From Podarcis cretensis (taxonomy: Eukaryota), in contig OX638153.1 of assembly GCA_951804945.1 (NCBI GenBank), forward strand, positions 51,150,001 to 51,214,000: a stretch of 64,000 nucleotides of DNA. The letters run 5' to 3'. Within the stretch, counting starts at the first letter, position 1. Each line of letters begins with the position of its first letter. A program made the position numbers and the translations under genes. A model generated the notes under the pieces. The model did no database searches and was not told where the DNA came from. It saw only the letters and a list, made by a program, of their open reading frames with translations. This document shows positions 51,391 to 64,000 of this stretch, in pieces.

Positions 51391-54300
51391 GTCTAACCAG
51401 ATGTTAAGGTGGCTGTAGACTAGAGAGTATAGTTAAGACAACAAGGTGGTAAGACAAGAAGCAGAGCTCCTAAACAGGTCCTTTTAAAAACATGTATTGT
51501 TTGATTTAAAAGTATTTTAAGTTCTGTTCCCATTAGATGCCTGGTCCAAGCAGAAGCCCTGCCTTTTGATTATTATGCCACCCCTTAGTTGTGTGTTTTG
51601 TTGAAATTTATTTCTATCCCTTCATCTCTTGAGAAAGGGGAGCACAATAGTTGATAGTTTCTTTCTGCTGATGTGAAGTGATGGTAAACTCAAATAACAT
51701 GACAGTGCAACAGTCCCAATATAGCTTGCAATGTACAGAACATAAATGTAAAAACTCCTTTAATGTGGCCTAGGTTGGAAAGTGCAGGATTTTTAAAAAC
51801 TGCATGATTCCTTTAGTGTTACGTTACTGCGGCGGGCGATAAAGGAGATTGTGGAGATTGTGGAGTGTCTAGCAAAGAATTAATGGGTATCTTAGAAACA
51901 GTGGTGGTCAGTTCTTGCATTCAAGCAGCCCATCTTGCCACTCTGAACTGCTTGGAGAAGAAAGGTGCTTTAAATTTTAAATAAATAATAATAATTTTAA
52001 TACTGCTAGGTATTAGACAGAATTACAAATGTGGTCATTATCTCCATTTTCCAAATGATGAAAATGGAATTCTGAAGTATAAAGGTGCCATTCGGGGGGA
52101 CAAGTGACAAATGCTTGAGTCCAGCCTATCTAGTCAGTTTCCCCTCGGCCATCAATCTCCAGGCAACCCAGTATTTTCACCATAAATTGCCTTCCGTTGC
52201 ATAGTTGAATTGAAAACGACAGCAGCTAGTGATTCTTCTTTTACTGTAGTGCCTTTGTGCAGTGTTACTAACATGCCACAGATTCCATTAAAATTTGGGC
52301 ACATATTTTTTTTCTTTCAGTCAGAGAAAGTCAAGCATATTCTTCACTCTCTTTCACTGAAATGCTTCCCTGTGGCTGGATTATGCATGCTGGATAAGAT
52401 CCTGCACACAGAGGAAGGCACAGACTACAATTGCCCATGATTACAGTTCCTTGTACTGTATCTTACCAGCTTCCACTGTGGAGGGCCCCAAACTTGGGAG
52501 AGAGATTTTGGGAGCATGCAGGGAGCTGCAACTTGAACAGGAGCTTAAATAGTTGTTTGTCTGAGCATAACAGCCACTTGCTCTGGCTTGGATCCTGGCC
52601 ATAGTTTTTATCCTGTCAATGGGATCAATTTATTTGGCCGCTTTGATACTTTTGACTCCTACCTTTAGGATTAAGACAGTTAAGTCGAGTGTTAAGAGGT
52701 TTTCACAGTGTGATATAGGCACTTAGGTGTTCAGAGGATTTTGTATAATCAGAGTTTGTGATTGTTCTTGAGTTCTGGACAAATTCATTAGTCTCATGGG
52801 AATCTGCTTCAAATGGAACCTTGTGGATCTGAGAGCCAATTTTTAAGCTGTTTAGTCTATGTAATGTAATAACTTCTTATTGGTTGTGGTTGAATGTGTA
52901 ATTAGCTGATTGAGACATCATCAGATTCAGAATCTGAACTTGAACCAGTTAGAATAACAAACATTAAACTAAAGATTAACTAACCCTCTGCACAAGGATA
53001 TAGAAACCTGTGTGAGGCATCACACACAAATTCACAGCTCTAAGCCACACACTGTTGCCAGCACAAATGTTTAGATTCAGTTTTTTAACATTAACTTCTG
53101 CCAGACAGAATAATTTACCTAATGCTTCGTAAACCAATTTACTCAATGTTCTGCCTTGCTACTATAGAAATTTATTTAATTATTTAAAAGGATTTCTACT
53201 TCCATGACTGCAGAAAAGAATTGTTTTGTAAAATGAGCAGTGAGACTGCCCTGAGCCCAGCATTGGCCTGTTCCCAGCAGACTAATGTGAGTCTCCCATT
53301 TGTGGTTCAATGTTATGTTGACCCAGAGTTAAAAGGAAAGTTCAGTTTGGATGATAATATTTTTTTATGTTGCTGATGTAATATTTTTAGCAGATGCACA
53401 GTTTTACTAAGATGTGCAGAGAATAGGTCTGTTTGTGTCTAAGGCAGAAAGAACTAAAATGGCTATTGTACTAAAAGAAAAAGTGGGAAGCCCCTCACAG
53501 CAAAATATTCAAGATGAGGCGTGGGAGAAACACTTATTTCCTTGGAGAAATTAGTCTGAAGAGCAGTTCCATTGGTGTAAACAGTTTCACTACCTGCATG
53601 AGACCACCTCAATCTATTTTTTAAACTGTTTTTGTGTCCATTTTTTTTAGATAGCAAAAAGTTGCAAATAAAAATGAAGCGAGCAAATGCCATTTTCATA
53701 ATATGATCCAGCAAAAGGCAGCCAACTGTACTGTGAGGCATGGCAAAGTCCTGTTGAGATCAAGTGATGGGAGTTGAGCTGTTCCCATAGCTATTATTTT
53801 TACATTTGTGTTTTTATATTGTAAACCACCCTGTGATATTCAGATGAAGGGCGGTATTGAAAATTAATTAATAATATAAACATTGTGATAAGGGTGAGCT
53901 GTTTACCTTTGTTTGTGTTTTGAGGATAGCATAGAGAAATGCAGCAGACTCCTCAGTCTTCCCCCTTCTGACAGACGCAGCTTGAAGTAATTAGAAGGGA
54001 GGGAGACTCCTCAGTCGTAATCTTCTTCTCAGCAACTGATGCCTCTGGTTGCAACTGCTAAGCCAATAGCAGCCCACTGGCAAATAAAGGTGTGCGTGTT
54101 GTGTTCTTGCTATGACCTGCAGACATAGCAGCACCTTATCAGTGACCTCTGATCTTGTCAGGTTTCTTAAGCTGGCTGGATTGGAGCTTAGTCTCCATCT
54201 GGGAAGGAAGAAAGGTGAATAAAGCTTCAGATAATATCCCTAGTGATTGAGTGTGCAGCACTTTTATTCAGAGCGGCTCAGATCTGCCATTCTCCTGCAT

Positions 54301-54400
54301 TTGGTTTCTATTTTCTCCTTAAACAAGATAAAATTGTGAGCAATTTAATCTCTTCCACTCCCTAAACAGTGAAAAAGCAAACATATACAATTTATCTGAA

Positions 54401-54518
54401 GGTATCTGCACACGAAAGCTCATACCAATAACAAACTTAGTTGGTCTCTAAGGTGCTACTGGAAGGAATTTTTTAATTTTGTTTCGACTACGGCAGACCA
54501 ACACGGCTACCTACCTGT
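54401..54518 (+). mobile_element. Penelope-like element terminal fragment with an internally deleted hammerhead, flanked by a 23-bp direct repeat
   Basis: GGTAT-CTG-CACAC-GAAA-GCTC-ATACC...TTAGTTGGTCTCTAAGGTGCTACTGGA...GCAGACCAACACGGCTACC. Flanks AACATATACAATTTAT(C/G)TGAAGG at 54380-54402 and 54519-54541. Confidence 0.8.
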
Positions 54519-56663
54519 AACATATACAATTTATGTGAAGGCAATCTTACTCCTCCACCCACCTGTAATTTTTAGCAGGTGTAAACTCTGCAATTGTAAT
54601 GCAGTCATACAAGCCTCTTTGATGCTGGACTGATGTGTGCTAAATCTAGTCTAGCATTAGAAATCTGTAGTAATTTTGGCTGAGCTAAAATACTCCCTGC
54701 ATTTTGACATTCTCCTTTATGTGTGATAAAAGCCCAGGGTGGCTGGGTGTTGTACCGGTGGGAGAGGAAGAGAACATTGGGTGTGAAACCCACGGATAGG
54801 CAATGGAACGCCTTCCAGCTGTTGTCACCTGGCTGCCACCATTATTTTCTCCATGGTGTGGCAATACCAAAACTAACCAGCCATAAGTTACTACCACAGC
54901 AAAGTTTGTCCCACCTCCAAAATTTGCTGAGTATCTTTCTTTGCAAACGCTTTAGATCTCCTCTGTACTATTCTACAAACACACCCAGCCGTATACCCAC
55001 ATACTGCTATTCATAAAAAAGCAGAGAAGTTTACAACAATTATACCGAAAACCATACAATAAAAACTTTTCTGAGTAAACAGGTTTAGGATTGTGCTGTT
55101 ATTCTTCTATTTCCGTAATCACACTGAAAACTATTGTAAACACAACAACAGAGAATGAGTAAAAGGGGTGACCTATATATGTTTGTTTTTTTTGTTCAGG
55201 ATGAGTGAACCAATGACCACTATACATACTCTGGAGTAAGAGAGCATGCATTTGTCTTTTTATTGCATGTGCATGGACCTGCTGGTGATATGCAACCAGT
55301 TCCAGGTATCTGCTGCATATGTACCTGGTGATATAAATGTGTGTAGCTGACCCAGATTTGTTGATGTACACACAGTGTACACTCCTAATCCATAATGTGT
55401 GAAATAATCTTAATTCCTACTGTTAATGTTCTTGGCTTGCTACTGCGAAAACACGGTGGGGGGGGAGGGGAGGAGATCACTTTCAGCACCTATTTTCAAG
55501 GGAGGCTATGCATGACATTTCAGAATTATTAGTATTGCCAGGTCCATGTGGCCGTATTTAACTGAATTGTTGTTCTAGTGGAAAGCAGCACAAAAGTCTC
55601 TACTAGCGCAACATTTGTACGACATTGTGTGTTTGCGTTAGGGAGCTAGGTCAACTCTTCAGCAGTTTCAATAAAGGGTAGTATTATGTTTAAATTACAC
55701 CCTAAAGCCAAAGCAAGGTGTCTGATCACTGGTGTGTTTTATTATTTGGATGATAGTAAAGCTCCTCTGGTTTCTTATGTACTTTTGCCCTGAAAGAAAT
55801 CCCACATCATTGTAGGTGTCAGTTGTTGCTATGGTAATGCTTATGGACAATTGCTTTACACTAATGTCCACAAGAAGAGAAGAAATAAATACCTCCGCTG
55901 TGACCAGATGAGGTAAAATTAAGCACATTATTGCTAAGTGAAGCATGTTATTGAAGGTGGCAGGTTACTTTTCAGTGTTATTAAAGGTGTCAGGTCCTTT
56001 AGACTCCTTAACTCTTTCAGGTTCCTTGCTCAGCTTAGAATCATGTCTGCAAAATGCTCTGTAGGCTAATTTATGTCCTACACCATGCTGTTTCCCAGAA
56101 CCAGTATTCCAGGCTTAACTCTGTGACCTATTCAAACTTTCAACATTTTATTTGTCTTACTGTCAAGCACTCCGTTTTGAACCCCCTTTTTCCTATCCTT
56201 ACAAGAAATCTATACATTTGTAACAAAATATAAACACTCACTTGTCTGTGTATATGGCTTTTAATATACAAAACTGAATTGGTTCTTGTACTCTGTCTTG
56301 GAACAGGACCTTAATGAGTTCAAATTGCGTTGATTGTGTGGAACTTTAAAACAAAACAAAGCTAGCCGAAATCTGCAGTAGGCTAGTAGCTTCAAACTAG
56401 TGGTATGCTTCTAGAATTGCTATTTTACACTTCATTGCTCCCTCAAGGACAAAGTTGCAGGCTGTGCCAATTTGAAGGGGCCCTTGGCCAAGTGTCCTCT
56501 GCTTCTCTGTAGCAACTTTACCAGCAGGGGGAGAGCTGCACAGTGGTGCAGCAGAGGAGAGGGAGGCAGCCACGCAATGAGAAGAAATGTGCTTTAGAGG
56601 CTTTCTGAAGAAAGGGTGGTGATGGTGGCTGTGTCTGGCTTGCCAAATACTTTTTTGTATGAT

Positions 56664-56666
<3 letters not shown>

Positions 56667-56694
<28 letters not shown>

Positions 56695-56710
56695 TATTAT
56701 TATTATTATT
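56667..56710. repeat. (ATC)n(ATT)n compound microsatellite
   Basis: Directly visible. Confidence 0.95.
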
Positions 56711-59700
56711 GCAAGAAGCATCAAGGTGATGTTGCTGTTGGCAGTGGTAGGCCTTCAAAGAACTGTGTGTCCCCAGGCATTTGCCCTACCATTCTGGGTG
56801 ATGGTGCCAGGCCTTGGGCAACATTATACACATTATGATTGTTTCCCGCAGTAGATAAGGTGAGGAAGAAAGAGATGCATCTAGGAAAACTGAACCTAGA
56901 TAGGCATTTAAAGATGTGTGCATGTGCAAGCACATTTCAATCACACACTTTACATGTTTGCTGTAGAAAACACCACTGTAGTACTACTGTTCCCTGCTGC
57001 AATCAAAACATGCTCTTTATAAAAGTAAAATATACCTAAGCAAAAATGCTCAATTTACATTGTTTTATTTGTAGTATCCAACAGCTGAGATCCAGGCTAA
57101 ATGTAACATGGGAAAACCATAGCTGGATCTCTTGAAAACTTTTCATTTTGGAAAAAAAGGAGCCGGGGGCTACCATGTTTTGGACTGTATCTATATCCTT
57201 TCCTCTCTGCATTTAGTAACAGCTCTTGCAGAGGTAAGTGGAGAACTTTGGAAGGAACTTAGAAGGCGATATTTTAAAGGTCTAACAGCCTATATATCCA
57301 TGCTTTACTTTGCTGCATGTTTTGGGGTTCTCTCACCAAAGAGTACTTTCCTCAAACCTGGATTTGGGCATCCAAGGAATTTCCCTTTTTATTATACCTA
57401 GTATTTTATTCTTTAACCAAAATACAAAACAACAACAACAAGATCTTGTAATGGATTTCTTGAACTGCATTTATTTTGGCCCTGAGTCTGAAGTGTTTTG
57501 ATGGTGTACGTACTGTATCTCCAGCAATGTTAACAAATAGGAAGAACAAGATGAACACACCGGACACATGAAAACTGCATGGCCTCTACATAGCTTAACT
57601 TCAGTGAAGGGAGGCTTTCTAAGCAGAAATATTAAAATTTCTATTTTGTTTGTCACTGTAATAAATATATGGGTATGGTGATTAACTGCATTACACCAGG
57701 ATCCAGACCCAACTGTCTGAATTGCTGTTTGGTATTTTTATATATAGATATAGATATAGACATCCACACACATGCACATGTAAATACATGCATACATATA
57801 GAATTGGGAATACAGGAGGATAGGAGAAGGGCCAATTTGCTCTTTTCTCCAGTTGGCTGCCACTCAGCTGGGTTGGGACTGGGAACAAGATGGAACATGG
57901 CAGTGTTAATCCTTAGCACATGTGAAAAATGAGACTTGGCCACTCTATGAGCAAAATGTTCCAGTCTTCAGCAGTTACCCTTACATGCCAACATCTCTTG
58001 AAGTGGAAAGTCTGTGATACCTGGTGAGAAAAACGTTTTGTGCAAGATCACCACTAAGGGTTAATTCTTTTCATATGCAGACATGGTAATTTCCAGGGGG
58101 TAATAGTACAGAAAGTTGTGGGAGGCACCACTATGATGTTCTCCTTCAAGATCCCAAATGCAGTAAAACAATAACTACTCAAACTAGTCTGCAATTTTTT
58201 AATGAAAGACTGGGTTATTGTTATAGGAGTCAGTTTCTGTGAGCCTCAGGCTTGCATACTCCCTTCACCCTTCTTCTCCTCCACTGCATCCATTTATGAT
58301 TAACCACATAAGTGGTGTTGTGATGCCTCAACCTGGACAAACTGCAGTTAGTCTTAACTATGCTTAACTAAATGAAGTCAACTCTAAACCAAAGTTTTAT
58401 GAAGCTGTCTTATTTCAGCTAACGATACATAAGATGTGTAACTGCAATGTAGGGTTAGACACAACACAGAATTGTGGTTAATTGCTGTTGGCAGTAAAAG
58501 CTTTTGATCTGCTCCCAGCCATCCTGGAGAAGGAGAAAGTGTGTGTGTGTGTGTGGGGAGCATATGAGCCAGAGTCTTGTATAAGTAGCTATAAACCACT
58601 GTTTGTCGTTGCATTGGAACCAGCTTAGTATCTAAGGGCAAAAAGTTTCAATCCATCACCACATAGTGAGGTCCTAAAGCTATTCTTAGCAGTATAGTGA
58701 GCCACAGAAGTTGGAATGTTATCCTTCTGTTCCCAGGGTTTATAAGGGATCTGATAACAGAAGCCCAGCCTATACTGGTGAGGAAATACACACACACCCA
58801 ATGCATTTTTTCCTGTGTGTCTCATCTATTCAAATAACAGATCTGGATGAATAAGGAATACAAGGAAAGCCAGATGATTCAATATCTGTCACAACTAATG
58901 GTGACTGCTTGTTAGATAAAATTTAAGGGTGACTGTACATTATCACTCTTTTGAGATGCACCATCCGTCTGTCCCTGTGTTGGCCTAATGCTGTGTTCCC
59001 TTTGAGATAATCTGTCCAGGGTTGCATGCCACCAATAGATGAGGCAGTGGTGCGGGGAAATGGAAAGAAAATTGGTAAGACTACATTTTTTTTTCCTGTC
59101 CACCCAGGATCTGGATAACATTGGATAAGAGCACACTTAATTTATGCTACCGATTGGAATGCTGAACCATGGTTAAGGGTATATGGAAGATATGCCCTTG
59201 AAAGGGAAAGGACTTTGGGCATGGAGCACAGATTCCTGCAGCTTAATTGTAACCTCTTTTAGCAGAAAAAAGGCAGGCAAGCATCTTATCTACTACTCTG
59301 CTTTTTTTGGGCTGTTATTGCCACTTTATCTGCTTTTAGTTACTGTTAGAGGAAGGACTCTTGGGAGCCAAAACAATGGGAGGAATCTGGGTGATAGATA
59401 GGAAACATGGGACAAGTAACCATAAGCCCCTGGTTCAGCTTTCACTCTTGGGTACCTCAGTCCCAGTTTGGCCGTTTCCTCAAGAATTTAAAGAATCATA
59501 TCCTGTCTGTAGCAAACTTGGGCTGCAATCCTATGCATGCCTACCTGGGAGCAAGCCACATTGAGCATAGTAGGGCTTTTATCTGGGTAGAAAGCACAGA
59601 ACAGTGTCTTGCTTATGATTGTCGTCCTAATCCATTCAGGCTGGGACTGAAGCAAAAGAGAGAGGCAGTGGCAAGAAGGATCTCTTAGTGTACCCTGAAA

Positions 59701-59849
59701 ATGTTGAGACTACTTAGGCCAGTAAGGAGTAGATTATGTGAAATAGTCTTCAATTCCCTTATAGAAAATAACCATCATAAGGAGGAGAAGGTGTTAGGAA
59801 GAGAGCTGATGTAAGGTCTTAAAAAACAAACCCCTTGTATGCCAATAAT

Positions 59850-61265
59850 ACTTGTTGGCATCCGACTGTCTTGGGAGACAATGGAAGAGTGCAATGGGGG
59901 GAAAGTGAAACTATTGGAGAGTTATAGTGTATGCTGTGGCTGTAGAGAGTGATATGGCAAAGATTTTTTTTGTTGCAGGTGGGGCAGATGAAGGCACCTG
60001 GTTTTTCTGCTACAGGTGCACCATGGTGTTTCTTCTCTCTGCGCTCCTCTCAGCGGTCAATCCTGCTCTGGTCATTGCTGTGGATACATGACATGACTGT
60101 CTCCAGGCACTGCGGTCGTCTGAAAGGGATTCCCATATGGCAGGGTTCATGTTGCCAGCTTTTATGTCACGTTTGCAGACATCTTTGTAATGCTGAGTTG
60201 GTCTGCCAACAGGCCTAGTGCCTGAAGCCATCTCCTCATACAGCACATCCTTGGGGACCCTGCCATCTTCCATTCTGTGTACATGGCCAAGTTAGTGTAG
60301 ATGTCACTGAGAGAGAAGTGTGGACATGCTGGGAATGTGGGCTTCTGTCATGAGCTCCCTGGCTAACTGCTTAGTGGAATTAGAGATGCGGAGAGCTTGC
60401 TGTACTTCCTAGTTTCCAAACCCCTCCTGCTGCCTATGGTGGCCAACAAAGGAATCTTTCTGTCTGTTTGGCTTTCTGCTCTAAGATACTAAGGGTGCGT
60501 CTCGTTCAAGGAGACGGAGGAGGCTCTTCCAGGCTTTCAAGTGAGAGCTGCCTGCTGTATGGTTTCTACCACTTCTGACTCCTGTCTCTGTTCAGGACTA
60601 GAGTGTCTGATAGCTTGCTTCTGTTCCTCATCCACCATTATTTTCCAGCCTTTTTCTTCTTCGTCTGGGGTGTGTCCTGTTTGGCACCACCATGAATCTG
60701 GATCCATGCTATCTGTATCTGCCTCCTGCCCAGAAGCCTCCTGGGGTGGCGGTCTCTACCACTCCTTTTCATCTGACCAGTCCCTGACATCTTGGGAGAA
60801 TACATCTTTGTTTGAGACTGTGTCCTGCCACGTGATGCCCAAAATCTTCCTGACACAGCACATATGCAAGGCATCGAGGTGATGCTTCTGGCAGGTGAGC
60901 CCATGACTCACTTCCATAAAGCAATGTGCTCAAAACGGAAGCCTGGTAGACCTTCATCTTGGTATTGGCCATTAGCATCAGATTCTCCCATACCGTTTTG
61001 GAGCGGTGAGCCATTGCTGTAGCTGCCTTGCCCAGCTTGCCCAGCTCAGTGTCAATGATTATTGTGGGACCCAAGTAGACAAATTGTCTACTACCTTAAG
61101 TGTTTGGTCACCATTGTTGATGTGTAGAGTGCTGGTGATGTAGGACCAACCAAGGATGTTGGTCTTCATCTCTTCATCAGGCTGATGATGATGAGGATGA
61201 ACTCCATGCAGGCGGGTAAAATGGCTGATGAGTCTCTGTATGCCAGTAATACTACAGACATGAAA
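59850..61265 (-). mobile_element. 5'-truncated, frameshifted RTE-clade LINE (C-terminal RT/thumb region), split by an LTR
   Basis: Minus-strand peptides ...LGKAATAMA...VWEN...TKMKVYQASVLSTLLYGSESW and MEDGRVPKDVLYEEMASGTRPVGRP...YKDVCKRD...WESLSDDRSAWRQ are hallmark RTE ORF motifs. Confidence 0.9.
60346..60789 (-). mobile_element. Solo LTR (TGTCA...TGACA) nested in the RTE LINE
   Basis: Inverted termini TGTCATGAGCT/AGTCCCTGACA and 5-bp flanks GCTTC/TCTTG. Removing the insert rejoins the RTE sequence (...KDVFSQ/AHIPSM...). Confidence 0.8.
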
Positions 61266-62002
61266 AATCACCATCATATTTATTTATAGGGCCTTTCTTG
61301 GCAGGTACACCTGTATATAAATCTGTACTTGAACTGTACAAAGGTATTTCCAGGAGATGTTCAAAAAGGAATTTTAGAATTCACTATGAAGGGAAAAAAT
61401 GTGGAACGAACCAAGTAAAGAACAGTACAAAGAAGAAGAAAATCCCAGGATGTGTGGTTTTTGAAGTAAAATGCAGGTTTCTTAAAAATTCCAAAATGAT
61501 TTTTTTTAAAAGGCCTGTGTTTGATTGATATACTGCTGGCTGTGGGAATTACAGCACTGTAAGCTGTGTGTGGGAGAGAGTGGGGGCAGTTAGAATTCTG
61601 GTTCAAGAAATGTATGTTGCCCACAACACCTGTTTCAAGCCTTTCCCTGGTAAGAGCTATGTTGAAGGATGGAGCTTACTATGTATTCCAAAAGACTGGG
61701 CAAACTCATCACTTTTTTGAGTCTGCTGTGCAAAATCCAATGCAGTGCTTACTTCATTGGTTGGTTGTCTTCTGTGAACTTTGGAGCAACTGCTTTAAAC
61801 ATTTTGTTTCACTGTTTCACTGTCTTATTCCATCCTGCACTTTATCAAATATACAAGTCCTGAAGCTTTTCTGTGATTGAATTTGTCCCTGAAAAACTGG
61901 AAACCTATACTGTATACAGCCTTGCTGCAGCCTGTGCCGTCTCTGATTCTGTATTCATGTCAAGTTGCTTCTCAGTCTGACAGAGGGAACTAAATATATA
62001 AA

Positions 62003-62029
62003 TGTGTGTGTGTGTGTGTGTGTGTGTGT
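62003..62029. repeat. (TG)n microsatellite
   Basis: Directly visible. Confidence 0.95.
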
Positions 62030-62239
62030 ACACACACCATTAAATCTTTTTCCATTTTGTTACTTGAAGCAGGTCCTGTGGCGTCTCTCACTTCTACTCT
62101 AGTATCTGTCACTTGGGGGAGTCCTGGCTTGCCAGCTCTGTTGTGCCTTGTCAGAAGACTGCAAGGTGGTGTCAATGACTGTGGATTAGCGACAGTGGAA
62201 TTTTGCCTTCGTTACTCAGAGGCTGCTAGTGCTGCTGTT

Positions 62240-62373
62240 TGCTGTGCTGTGTTGTTTTTTTTCTTTATTTCTTCCTTTCTTTCCTGCCGCAGAAGGGGCA
62301 GAATCCATTCCCTGGGAATGAGCTGCCATTAGGAAGAGTATAGCAGACCGAAGGAGGGAGGGAGGGAGGGAGG

Positions 62374-62424
<51 letters not shown>

Positions 62425-62624
62425 CACCAAGCATTCCAATTACGTCAGATCTGGTGGGAAAATAATACAGAGTACTTTGGAATAGGCTGCCTTCTGGGCA
62501 ATTGTTTTTTCATCTCTGCCAACTACTGCTGGAAAGACAGCACGAGTGTGTGTGCGTGTGTATGCGTTTATAAAGCACCTCAATTAATCTGTGCTGCCTC
62601 TGCTACAAAGACGGTGTTCTGGCC
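62240..62624 (+). promoter_or_regulatory. Putative promoter/5'UTR of the MVKEK exon
   Basis: CRE/ATF-like TTACGTCA at 62440-62447, TATAAA at 62569-62574, a GA tract at 62353-62420, and a polypyrimidine tract plus CAG ending at 62292. Confidence 0.45.
62353..62421. repeat. (GGGA)n(GA)n polypurine tract
   Basis: Directly visible. Confidence 0.95.
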
Positions 62625-62640
62625 ATGGTGAAAGAAAAAG
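62625..62640 (+). CDS. ABLIM1: ABLIM1 alternative short first coding exon (MVKEK + 1 nt)
   Basis: Optimal Kozak gccATGG, then ATG GTG AAA GAA AAA G|GTAATC. The phase-1 donor matches the 50733 exon. MVKEK-VAHPQ is an ABLIM1 isoform start I recall from vertebrate annotations. TATAAA lies at 62569-62574. Confidence 0.75.
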
Positions 62641-63454
62641 GTAATCCAGCCTTGCATATTCTTCTAGGTTAGGATTGAATTGGCTTGGCAAGTTACTGTG
62701 TCGGTCATGTTTGCTTTTCCATGTTGCTTTTCCATGCAAAAAAACTGATGTGCCTGATGGTTCCTGCTCACATTTTACTGCTCATTTATTTATTTATGCT
62801 AACTTCAATGATTTCTAATGAGTGATTTGATTTAAAGTTAGATCTGATGCATTAGGTTCTCAAATTAAAGGTCTGTAGCTTTGATCCATTTTAAAAATAA
62901 ATAAATCTAGGCATGGGTTGTTTTTAGAATTGTACTTTGGTTGTTCTTAGCCCTGGCAAGTTTTGGAGTGTCTTTTAATGGACACCTTGGCATTATGCTT
63001 TGAAATGCCATTAAGTTGCATTTATGAAACCACACGCTTAAGTAGAATTGTCCCATCGTTGAACTTCTCTAGAAAAATCAGTGGCAAAAGCTGGACCTCA
63101 GTTGCTTTAACAATCTCAGCCTGTGTCAAGCTTCTTCTGGACAAGTGCTGCTAACAGATAGCTATTTGAGAGGAAATGGCTTGAGTCACCCACCCGTAGG
63201 CTTCTGTATATTAACAGCACAAACTTGTGGGCGGAGTGTGTTTGGATAAGCTGCTCCTTTTTAGCAAAGATGCCTCTGTGCCTCTTCCTGAAATAATTTG
63301 CTGTAGGTTCAGATTTAACACACGGGCTGATGATTTAAGTGGGTTATTGCACATTAATTCATTTCTGGGGTTTTTTCTTGCTGTACAGTTATGTATATCT
63401 TGCATAATCTAGCTGGATTCTGACACAAGGAAGAGATTTAAGTGTAATGATGTT

Positions 63455-63677
63455 TAATTTATTTATTATTTATTTATTGGCTTTATAGCTCACCTTTCCT
63501 CCAAGGACCTCAGTGTAGCATATATGGTTCCCCCCACTTCTCATTTAATCCTCACAACAACCCTGTGAGGTAGGTTAGACTGAGAGGCAGTGACTGACCC
63601 AAGGTCATCCAGTGATTTTCATGACCAAGCTCTCCTAGGGGCTAGTCCAATACTCTTAACCACTGCACCATACTGGT
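63455..63677 (-). mobile_element. MIR/Ther1-like CORE-SINE
   Basis: TCATTTAATCCTCACAACAACCCTGTGAGGTAGG...ACTGAG...GTGACTGACCCAAGGTCA...CTCTTAACCACTGCACCA is the MIR core and tRNA head in reverse. Confidence 0.85.
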
Positions 63678-64000
63678 TTAAGTAGGTTAGGCCTGCTTCT
63701 GATGGTGTGGTGTGAAATTATGCATTTTCAGGCATACTTCTGCTTTGTCTTTTCTGTGGAAAATAGATGTTTTAGGAAGCCAACCTGGCAGATGCCTGCC
63801 TGCCATGGAAAACCAAAATACTGGTTCTTTCCCATGTTATATTGATAATGTATCTTGAGGTACAAGTGTGCAGTTCCTACCCTCCCAAAAAAACCCAACA
63901 ACAACCAGAAATAGCTTTTGGACATTAACATTTAATACAATGATAGTCAAAGTATTAGGAAAAATGATGTGGGGAAATCACATTAATTGGGAAAGCCACC

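Noticed and set aside
57175-57216. accATG-initiated first coding exon (MFWTVSISFPLCI)
   Set aside because: An in-frame TAG occurs before the donor at 57234.
1-64000. The bulk of the short ORFs in the supplied six-frame track
   Set aside because: They are short, many start at non-ATG codons, several are low-complexity microsatellite translations, and they show no recognisable domains or splice context. This is expected noise in intronic DNA. Only the ABLIM1 exon and the LINE-derived peptides are meaningful.

Overview
AT-rich, repeat-rich vertebrate genomic DNA, not prokaryotic. The Sauria SINE, squamate MITEs and Penelope and RTE relics point to a squamate, probably a lacertid lizard (inference). 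The window is the 5' multi-promoter and intronic region of ABLIM1 (actin-binding LIM protein 1) on the + strand. Two alternative first coding exons are well supported: the long-isoform exon at 50733-50976 (MPSFPSLNSFGKLC..., 244 nt, phase-1 donor) and a 16-nt MVKEK exon at 62625-62640 (phase-1 donor). Two weaker phase-1 candidates lie at 17260 and 29448. The shared downstream exon (VAHPQ...) and the LIM-domain exons are not in the window. The rest is intron carrying Tc1/mariner and hAT MITEs, SINEs, L1/L2/CR1/RTE LINE fragments, probable solo LTRs, Penelope fragments with hammerhead-ribozyme cores, and microsatellites. Almost all ORFs in the supplied track are spurious. I found no evidence of a wholly new biological system. 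The most interesting leads are a CRX/OTX-motif-rich promoter on the long exon, candidate unannotated first exons, hammerhead relics, a 58-nt nested-palindrome hairpin, and two SINEs with different tRNA heads on the same tail.
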